Below, piece after piece: positions 57,614-64,000 of a stretch of 64,000 nucleotides of DNA. Source of the DNA: an uncultured Candidatus Saccharibacteria bacterium. GTDB lineage: Bacteria > Patescibacteriota > Minisyncoccia > Phycocordibacterales > UBA9973. A program made the translations under genes and the position numbers. The stretch covers positions 79,501-143,500 of the forward strand of contig CAZHJZ010000002.1 of assembly GCA_964532495.1 (NCBI GenBank), written 5' to 3'. The notes under the pieces are model-generated. The model was not told the origin of the DNA and did not search any database. It was given only the letters and a program-made list of their open reading frames with translations. Position 1 is the stretch's first letter; every line of letters begins with the position of its first letter.

Positions 57614-60520
57614 TTACCACCAGAGTGCGGCAAGTTGCGTAGATTTCATGTGGTTGCGAGTCTTCGCGCCTAAGTAGCCAGATGCAGGAGTAATCTTGTT
57701 TTTAGTTTGATATCGAATGAGTGCTGCTTTTGTCTGTGATCCAAAATATCCCGTGATTCCTGCAGATAGAGAATACCCCTGGGCAATAAGCACAGACTGC
57801 AGTGCTTTGACATCTTCACCTGACATTCCTGACCGCAAGTCCCGTACTGGCAAGCTTGGCGTTTTTGGCGCAGAGGTTGTTTGAATGGAGGCAATAGGTG
57901 GAGTCGGGATAGATGGAGTTACAGAAGAATTAAGAAATTCTACTGGTACCATTCCCCCATTAGTTAGAGTTGGAATAACGACGGTGTCGATAGAATAATT
58001 TGCTGATGTGCCTCCGTTCATTGGAACAATTTTAGCAATATCATCGCTGCCTACATTTACTGCCCACAAATTTGTACCATCAAAGGCAAGGTCTCGTGGA
58101 TTTGATCCGACTCCTGAATATTCTGTTACAACACCAGTTGGAGTAATTTTTGAAACCGAATCCGCGCCGTAGTTCGCAGACCACATATTAGTACCGTCAA
58201 AAGCAAGGCCGTATGGACTGGATGGAGCGTCATATGTAGTTACAATGCCAGCCGGGCTGATTTTAGAAACTGTACTTGTACCCACGTTGCCCGTCCACAT
58301 GTTTGTGCCATCGAATGCGATACCGATTGGGTATGAAGTAGATGGGAGCGAATACGTTGTCATGACTCCGCTTGGTGTAATCTTGGTCACACTGCTTCCA
58401 TCAGAGTTCGCAGTCCACATGTTTGTGCCATCGAATGCAATACCCCATGGACCTGCACCAGTTCCTGTATATGTTGTTTTTGTGCCGTTCGGCGCTACTT
58501 TTGAAACACTATTATCCCCATAGTTCGATGTCCACATGTTGGTGCCATCAAATGCAATACCAAAAACATTTTGCCCTATGCTTGAATAGTTAGTAACCGC
58601 TCCGCCCAACGTCACCTTACTTACTGAATTCCCTGCGTTGTTTCCTGTCCACATGTTGGTGCCATCGAAGGCGATGCTAAACGGCTGCGCTCCTGTGCCA
58701 GTATAGTTTGTAATAACGCCAGATGGTGTGACTTTGCGAACAACATCGCCGTATCCGTTAGATACCCACATGTTTACGCCATCAAATGACACATCGGTTC
58801 CGCTTCCGCCTGTGTATTTTGTAATAGCAACTTTTGATCTAACTGAAATAGTATTATTTACAATCGCGATTGCTGCTGTCGGTGTAAATGTTGCTGTATA
58901 TACTTTTGGATCTCCAGTCACTGCTAAATTACTGATAGTTCCATTTTCAGCAGTTATATCGCCAACAGTGAAATCAGTTGGAGCAGTTGGAAATATAAAT
59001 GTAACAGTTGCCGTCTCGCCTACCCGGAGATTATTGCTCGACATTGTAACCACCGCTGATCCTACAGTGTTCCCCGCATTTGCAACAGGCAGTACGCCGT
59101 TAAACATCGCATCGATAGCAGCCTGAACCTGTCCCTGTGTAGTGGCATTACTTGCGGCAAGAATTATATTGATATTTGAAAGTTCATCGCTGGTGACGCC
59201 GGTAATTCCTGCATTGGTATAGTCGGTAAGCGTAGGTACTGTGGTTGTTCCATGACTGGAAGCGTATGCAAGTATTTTTGTAAGTGAAGCCTGCGCTGGT
59301 GTTGGAGCACTTGTGGTAACACTGATAGAAGCTATAGCATTTGCGGTCGATGGATCTTTTACTGTTGATTCAGGTACTGCGCTTATAGTGTGATTGAGGT
59401 TAGTAGTGCTTAATATATCCGCTCCCACTGTTCCACTGACCACCACAGTTACTGTTGCACCTCCAGGAATAGCTCGGTGAATTGTGCCGATATCCGCTCC
59501 AGTACCTGAAGCAGATCCGCCAGCAGTTGAAGTGAGATTCCATGTAATATTATCGATTCCAAGAGTTCCGACAGGAATTGAGTTGGTTATAGTCGTATCG
59601 GAAGAACTATTTGCGCTCAAATTGGTGACAGTATATGTGTAAGTAAATGCATCTCCTCGATGATACGTTCCGCTCGGCGGCACCGTAACTTGCGTTCGAA
59701 GATCAACAGGAAGAATTACTTCTAGGTTACCTATTGCGTGAATGTTTGTAGAGCCTCCAGTACTTGCCGCAAATCCAAGTTTCAAATTTGTAGGCGGAGC
59801 GACGTTGTATACGTAATCATTGATGACTGTGTTCCATGTTGCTCCTTCATCCCAGCTCATCTCAACGCGAATCGTTGCGTTACCAGATCCTGGCGTGACA
59901 GTTACTCGAGCTGTTCTCCATCCGCCATCAATACTCTGACCGAAAGCTGAAGATACGTTAGTATGTGTCAGGTATGGATATCCAATCAAACCATTTCCAG
60001 CACCACGAAGCACAACTGTATCTGGGGTTGTTGGGAATCCCGAATCTTCAACTGAGATATAATTTCCCCATTCATCAAATCCAACCCCGAGATACGCATG
60101 CGGTATGCCTGGAGTTCCGCCAGTAGTTTCCTGAGCATATCCTAAAGCGCCACCCGCCGCTCCTGCTGCAATATTTGTTTCGTCAACTTGGTCACCGTCC
60201 ACTAAAAAGAACGAGAGACCGTCAGCACCGTTTCCTCCTCCATCGTAATATCTAAATTGCGCCACGATACCCAGAGTCGAAGAAAAGGAGTCGTTGTAAA
60301 ATCCAAGTCCACTCTGAGCTGTGCCGGCGGATGTGAGCCGCAATGTTTGATCTCCTGAAACTGTAGTATTCCAAGCAGCACTTGATCTTAATTCCCAGTC
60401 ACCAGGCTTTGATCCGGAAAATGTTTGAGTTATCGGAAAGGTGGCCGCAAATGCTGGTGTAATAAATGTTGCAACTAATAATAAACCAAGAGCGGTGAAG
60501 CAAATTTTTTGGAATTTCAT
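57614..60520 (-). CDS. secreted L-type-lectin-like / DUF11-repeat / beta-propeller protein with C-terminal PG_binding_1 domain
   Basis: Signal peptide. Legume-lectin-like blocks ADGLSFFLV and LGVGFDEWGN. At least seven ~42-aa repeats (P.GIAFDGTNMWT.N.G..SVSKI.P.G..T.Y). C-terminal DVKALQSVLIAQGY...AALIRYQ matches PG_binding_1. Confidence 0.75.
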   Translation of the reverse strand: MKFQKICFTALGLLLVATFITPAFAATFPITQTFSGSKPGDWELRSSAAWNTTVSGDQTLRLTSAGTAQSGLGFYNDSFSSTLGIVAQFRYYDGGGNGADGLSFFLVDGDQVDETNIAAGAAGGALGYAQETTGGTPGIPHAYLGVGFDEWGNYISVEDSGFPTTPDTVVLRGAGNGLIGYPYLTHTNVSSAFGQSIDGGWRTARVTVTPGSGNATIRVEMSWDEGATWNTVINDYVYNVAPPTNLKLGFAASTGGSTNIHAIGNLEVILPVDLRTQVTVPPSGTYHRGDAFTYTYTVTNLSANSSSDTTITNSIPVGTLGIDNITWNLTSTAGGSASGTGADIGTIHRAIPGGATVTVVVSGTVGADILSTTNLNHTISAVPESTVKDPSTANAIASISVTTSAPTPAQASLTKILAYASSHGTTTVPTLTDYTNAGITGVTSDELSNINIILAASNATTQGQVQAAIDAMFNGVLPVANAGNTVGSAVVTMSSNNLRVGETATVTFIFPTAPTDFTVGDITAENGTISNLAVTGDPKVYTATFTPTAAIAIVNNTISVRSKVAITKYTGGSGTDVSFDGVNMWVSNGYGDVVRKVTPSGVITNYTGTGAQPFSIAFDGTNMWTGNNAGNSVSKVTLGGAVTNYSSIGQNVFGIAFDGTNMWTSNYGDNSVSKVAPNGTKTTYTGTGAGPWGIAFDGTNMWTANSDGSSVTKITPSGVMTTYSLPSTSYPIGIAFDGTNMWTGNVGTSTVSKISPAGIVTTYDAPSSPYGLAFDGTNMWSANYGADSVSKITPTGVVTEYSGVGSNPRDLAFDGTNLWAVNVGSDDIAKIVPMNGGTSANYSIDTVVIPTLTNGGMVPVEFLNSSVTPSIPTPPIASIQTTSAPKTPSLPVRDLRSGMSGEDVKALQSVLIAQGYSLSAGITGYFGSQTKAALIRYQTKNKITPASGYLGAKTRNHMKSTQLAALWW

Positions 60521-60599
60521 GTGCCAAAATTATAGCACGTGATATTAGAAGAAAAAAGGAAATAACTAAATTCGCGAAATAACAAGACGAAACCTAACA

Positions 60600-61280
60600 C
60601 TATATCTTTTTTCTTGGCAACATCTCATATAGTGCAATAGTCATAAAAGTATCAAGGAAATAAAAGATATACTCCCCAAGTGGAATTCCGAGAACCAGCT
60701 TGGCTGGCAGACCAGCAAGAATCCAATACTGTTCTATCCACCCAGGCTGTAAATATGATCCATATAAGTAGCCTGGGACCGAAATGAGCGTTACCAAAAT
60801 TGCAGTGATTAGGACACTCTTTACTATCTCGGGAGTTTTAGGGAAAACAAATATGCTTACAAAAAGCATTGTTGCTATCGTCGCCCAAAATGAACCAAGA
60901 TGTAGTATGTAAAAACCACCAAACATGGTAATGATACTCCCTACTGCAATAAAGATTTTGTACCATCGAGTGAGTATTGTCGTCTGTATTTGCTTGAAAT
61001 ACCTAGCAACAAAAACATACAGACTGATAATAAATCCAGTAATTACAAAACTAAAAAGCGGATCTTCAAACGGAATATTTTCCCATATGAATACAGGATT
61101 CCACCAATCCACCAGATACATATGTCGGATGAAAAGATTGAATACAGCAAAAACAATACTGATTATCAGCACGCGTTTACGCGTATTCCAATCTCGAATA
61201 GAGAAAAACGAAAGCGCGAAAAAAACAAGGAAGTATAGGCAAGAGAGGAAGTAAAGATGTTCCGCGAAGAAAGCAATCAT
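60600..61280 (-). CDS. lycopene-cyclase-domain-like polytopic membrane protein
   Basis: Two internal repeats, each with a PxE(D/E)xxF-type motif (WENIPFEDPLF; LGIPLGEYIFYF); ~7 TMs. Confidence 0.5.
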   Translation of the reverse strand: MIAFFAEHLYFLSCLYFLVFFALSFFSIRDWNTRKRVLIISIVFAVFNLFIRHMYLVDWWNPVFIWENIPFEDPLFSFVITGFIISLYVFVARYFKQIQTTILTRWYKIFIAVGSIITMFGGFYILHLGSFWATIATMLFVSIFVFPKTPEIVKSVLITAILVTLISVPGYLYGSYLQPGWIEQYWILAGLPAKLVLGIPLGEYIFYFLDTFMTIALYEMLPRKKI

Positions 61281-61286
61281 CGAATA

Positions 61287-61790
61287 TTAATTTAAGGGAA
61301 TTTCTAATATTATTTTAAATCCTGTGACTACCGGCTCGTAGTCCGGAGATGCTTCCTCAAATTCTTTTCGCTGCACAAGATATGCTTTTTCTCCTTTGGT
61401 GATTTTGAATACATATCCCAATCCCGCGTAGTAACATTGAATGTTTGCTGAACCGGCGACGCTGTCGAGTTCTGCTTCGTACAGCTCGTTGCAGCTTCCT
61501 TGAGTTGTATCGATCAGGCTTCGCTTCGTTGTTCCGTTCGAGTAACGAACACTGAGAAAAACATTGGTTTGCGGATTGCCGTCTGGATTGAGCGAATCAT
61601 CTGCTTCATAGCTCCAAGTAAATGTTGGGAGTTGAACCGATGCTGTAGGTTCGGGAATTGTTGTGGTCGGTTCAGAAACGATCGGTTCTGTGGTTTGGAA
61701 AAAAGTTTTGTACGCCAAAATGCCGAGACCGATAACAATCAAAAAAGCGAAAACGATGGCTCTCTTGATAAAAAATTCATGTACTGTCAT
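61287..61790 (-). CDS. hypothetical membrane-anchored protein
   Basis: N-terminal TM, then a Thr/Pro-rich linker and a globular domain. Confidence 0.45.
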   Translation of the reverse strand: MTVHEFFIKRAIVFAFLIVIGLGILAYKTFFQTTEPIVSEPTTTIPEPTASVQLPTFTWSYEADDSLNPDGNPQTNVFLSVRYSNGTTKRSLIDTTQGSCNELYEAELDSVAGSANIQCYYAGLGYVFKITKGEKAYLVQRKEFEEASPDYEPVVTGFKIILEIPLN

Positions 61791-61834
61791 AGCATGTAGT
61801 ATAGCAAATGAATAAACCTTTATATGAAACGTTT

Positions 61835-62287
61835 CTAACTCTCAAACCCGAACTCATGAACTTCATTTGGCACAACTGTAAAATCTGAATATCGAATCCA
61901 TGATGGAGCAACTTTGAAAAAACATTGCTTGGGATCTTGGGCAAACTTTGATGAACCAGGATTTTTGCCAATATGTTGTTGCATATATTTCTCTCGTTCG
62001 TCATTTGAAATAAGTTCGGCCTTCCCTTCAAACTGAACGTTCTTGTTTTCTTTTCCAAAACTCCAGCCGATAACAAATGACACATGAGGATGCTTCATCA
62101 GATTTTGATACTTTCGAGTTTCAGATGAAGTGCTGAAAACAATTTCGAGATTCTCTGTTTCCGAGAAACCAACAACGGCAGATTCTGGAGATTGGCTTGT
62201 AGCGGAATTGGTAGCGATAACCCCAAGGTTTTGGGTTTTCAAAAATGCCAGTATTTTTTGTTTTGTTTCTGGAGCTATAGATGTCAT
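61835..62287 (-). CDS. pyridoxamine 5'-phosphate oxidase-like FMN-binding protein
   Basis: Split-barrel pattern: ILAFLKTQNLGVIATNS...PHVSFVIGW...; ~150 aa. Confidence 0.7.
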   Translation of the reverse strand: MTSIAPETKQKILAFLKTQNLGVIATNSATSQSPESAVVGFSETENLEIVFSTSSETRKYQNLMKHPHVSFVIGWSFGKENKNVQFEGKAELISNDEREKYMQQHIGKNPGSSKFAQDPKQCFFKVAPSWIRYSDFTVVPNEVHEFGFES

Positions 62288-62496
62288 GAAATCAGTATAT
62301 CATTTTTACAAACTCTGCACTTTCACCAAATAGACGTATCCGCTTAGATACGCTACAATCTATTTGTTGGAAAATCTCCTCGCCCTTTCCTTGGGGCATT
62401 CAAGAGGAACCAATCTAAAAGCAAGGACTCCAAAGTTGCCCGTAGTCGAGCGGCTGACGAATTACAAACCACACGTTCATATTTATGAATCACCAA

Positions 62497-62646
62497 ATGA
62501 CAGACGAGAACTATCCATACCAGGATCTTCCTTGGAAAGCATGGGGCTCATGGTTTAGCTGGGGTTCCCCTGTTGGATTGAGCATCTTCATTCTCTCGAT
62601 CGGCGGATTTCTAGTGTTATTGCATCTCGCAAACATTATCCGCTAG
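62497..62646 (+). CDS. possible 49-aa Trp-rich membrane micro-protein
   Basis: MTDENYPYQDLPWKAWGSWFSWGSPVGLSIFILSIGGFLVLLHLANIIR; followed by a 48-bp perfect palindrome terminator. Confidence 0.3.
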   Translation: MTDENYPYQDLPWKAWGSWFSWGSPVGLSIFILSIGGFLVLLHLANIIR

Positions 62647-62693
62647 CCACTCAATTAAAAAACCACCAATTGGTGGTTTTTTAATTGAGTGGC
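62646..62693. terminator. 48-bp perfect palindrome / bidirectional terminator (gccactcaattaaaaaaccaccaattggtggttttttaattgagtggc)
   Basis: Read directly from the sequence. Confidence 0.65.
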
Positions 62694-62705
62694 TTCTATA
62701 CTTTT

Positions 62706-63167
62706 TTATTTATGAGTACAAATATACACTGCGAGCAAGAATAATCCTCCCCACCAGCCAATGTCAGATACAATCAGGCTTATCATTATTTTGTGCTGCC
62801 AAGGTGCGGGCAACAATTCTCCCGATCGTCCTTCTTGTTCTCGCGCCAGCATGAACGGACTGACCTTGAAGGTAAGGAAATAGCCATTTGCGATGAGACA
62901 CAGAGCGATGATGGCATGAACAAGTGGTATTCCTGTAAATGGCGCAGATCGGTAAAACAGCAACCCGCCGAGTATAGCAAGAAAAATCCCAGCCCAGATC
63001 ATAGGCTTGGTAACTTTATGCGTTCGAGTAGTAGCTTCAGTCCAATACGAAGATTTCCTACCGAGAAATCCATGAATATCAATGACAGTAACCGCACCAA
63101 GACCAATGACAAAACCCATCATAAATAAAAATAATCCGATCGCGTCAATCCATGCATGCATTGTCAT
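62706..63167 (-). CDS. hypothetical 4-TM membrane protein
   Basis: 153 aa with four hydrophobic helices. Confidence 0.5.
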   Translation of the reverse strand: MTMHAWIDAIGLFLFMMGFVIGLGAVTVIDIHGFLGRKSSYWTEATTRTHKVTKPMIWAGIFLAILGGLLFYRSAPFTGIPLVHAIIALCLIANGYFLTFKVSPFMLAREQEGRSGELLPAPWQHKIMISLIVSDIGWWGGLFLLAVYICTHK

Positions 63168-63197
63168 AAGGTAGGTACTCGATTATATAGATAAGAT

Positions 63198-63623
63198 TTA
63201 TTTATTGGGATTGAATTCAATTACCCATTCGATACCATAGGTGTCTCGAAACATACTGAAATATGTTCCCCATGGACTGTCACCCATTGGCATTTCCACC
63301 TGTGCGCCAACTGAAAGTCCGGCAAACAATCTATCAGCCTCTTCCTTGGTATCTACATTTACTTGGATCTTGCTTCGGTTTTCGTTTTCATTTACCTTGC
63401 CCATAAATTCAGGAACATCATTCCCAATCAGCATGCCTCCGCCAACTGGAAGAACAATCTGCATAATTTTATTAGCATCTTTTTCTGCAACTGGAAATTC
63501 AGCGCTAGCAAGATCCTTCATGCGGACGATCTTCGAAAACTCGCCGCCAAAAACAGACTTATAAAAAGTGAACGCTTCTTCGGCGTTGCCGTTAAAATTG
63601 ATCCATGGGTTTAATGTTGTCAT
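63198..63623 (-). CDS. VOC-superfamily protein (PhnB/glyoxalase-like)
   Basis: LNPWINFNGNAEEAFTFYKSVFGGE N-terminal block is characteristic of PhnB-like VOC proteins. Confidence 0.7.
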   Translation of the reverse strand: MTTLNPWINFNGNAEEAFTFYKSVFGGEFSKIVRMKDLASAEFPVAEKDANKIMQIVLPVGGGMLIGNDVPEFMGKVNENENRSKIQVNVDTKEEADRLFAGLSVGAQVEMPMGDSPWGTYFSMFRDTYGIEWVIEFNPNK

Positions 63624-63631
63624 ACATGTAA

Positions 63632-64000
63632 TTATATAATGGTATCCAAATCAAAACTACTCAAAGATGCATTTTCAACTTCTCCCAATACTTGTCCAGT
63701 TTCAAGAAAATGCAGCATTCGAATTGTACCGCCATGCGCAACGATCAAAGCTTCTCCATCTCCATTTTCCGCCTTTATCTTTTTCAAGATGCTAAGTATT
63801 CGATCTTTCACGTCTTTCATTGACTCGCCTCCATATTGCCTCCAATCATATTCCATAGATCGGTGCTTTTCTTTGTATTCTTCCAAATATGGTGTTCCGT
63901 TCAAATCTCCGAAATTCACTTCCTGCAGTTCGTCATGATATGAAATCGGGAGCTGTAATGCTTCATTGATGATATTTGCGGTTTGGCGAGCGCGATTCAA
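63632..64000 (-). CDS. histidine phosphatase (phosphoglycerate-mutase-like) family protein, partial (N-terminus beyond window)
   Basis: C-terminal block ALIVAHGGTIRMLHF; ORF runs off the window edge. Confidence 0.6.
   Translation of the reverse strand: MNRARQTANIINEALQLPISYHDELQEVNFGDLNGTPYLEEYKEKHRSMEYDWRQYGGESMKDVKDRILSILKKIKAENGDGEALIVAHGGTIRMLHFLETGQVLGEVENASLSSFDLDTII

Noticed and set aside
55700-58800. Regularly spaced near-identical DNA repeats that could be mistaken for a CRISPR-like array
   Set aside because: They lie inside long ORFs and encode in-frame protein repeats (DUF285 and propeller blades). Unit lengths (~60-130 bp) have no spacer/repeat alternation. No cas genes are in the window.
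1-64000. Search for integrase, transposase, rRNA, tmRNA, RNase P and SRP RNA
   Set aside because: No ORF with a tyrosine/serine recombinase or DDE motif and no recognisable conserved RNA motifs were seen by eye. Absence cannot be proven without covariance-model scans.

Overview
The window is 64 kb of low-to-moderate GC bacterial chromosome, densely packed with housekeeping genes, and I did not run any searches; every call below is from reading the sequence and the provided ORF translations.

Gene content, strand and location (coordinates are 1-based within the window):
- Cell-wall and division genes: murB, an HTH-fused murA, ddl, and a dcw-type cluster on the minus strand (mraZ, rsmH, ftsL, ftsI, murF). 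A second penicillin-binding protein (PBP2) sits further along with a FemAB-family gene.
- Translation and repair genes: valS, lysS, tsaD, greA, uvrA, uvrC, an ABC-F ATPase and a NADP-type glutamate dehydrogenase.
- Stress and regulation modules: PadR-PspC, an ECF sigma factor with a probable anti-sigma partner, and an Hsp20.
- Many AT-rich ORFs have no recognisable domains.

Lineage inference: many proteins are reduced or unusually fused (UvrC without the HhH tail, a 722-aa ValRS, HTH-MurA, LysRS with a C-terminal extension), and there are large surface proteins ending in PG_binding_1 domains. I infer a reduced-genome, possibly CPR/Patescibacteria-like organism; this is inference, not something the sequence proves.

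Most notable loci:
1. A 2045-aa Rhs/TcB-TcC-like polymorphic toxin (19839-25976, minus strand). It has an SpvB/FG-GAP-like N-terminal region, YD repeats, a DPTGL autoproteolysis motif and an AT-rich 163-aa glycine-rich C-terminal tip. Small AT-rich ORFs follow it, which I read as putative immunity genes, plus a 243-bp ORF-less remnant.
2. Two near-identical tRNA-Glu genes in inverted orientation (112-183 minus; 33894-33965 plus). They differ only at anticodon position 34 (TTC vs CTC). Each carries a ~110-nt conserved structured trailer. Together they bracket ~33.7 kb.
3. A cluster of tRNA-Glu, tRNA-Ser and tRNA-Val interleaved with AT-rich hypothetical genes (184-3550).
4. An AT-rich block of domain-less ORFs between uvrC and uvrA (28507-30496).
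5. MraZ-box-like CCCAC direct repeats and a GAAC-N4-GTTC palindrome upstream of mraZ.
6. Two adjacent giant secreted proteins (DUF285-repeat; L-type-lectin plus beta-propeller), both ending in peptidoglycan-binding domains.

No CRISPR array, integrase, transposase or rRNA gene was found.
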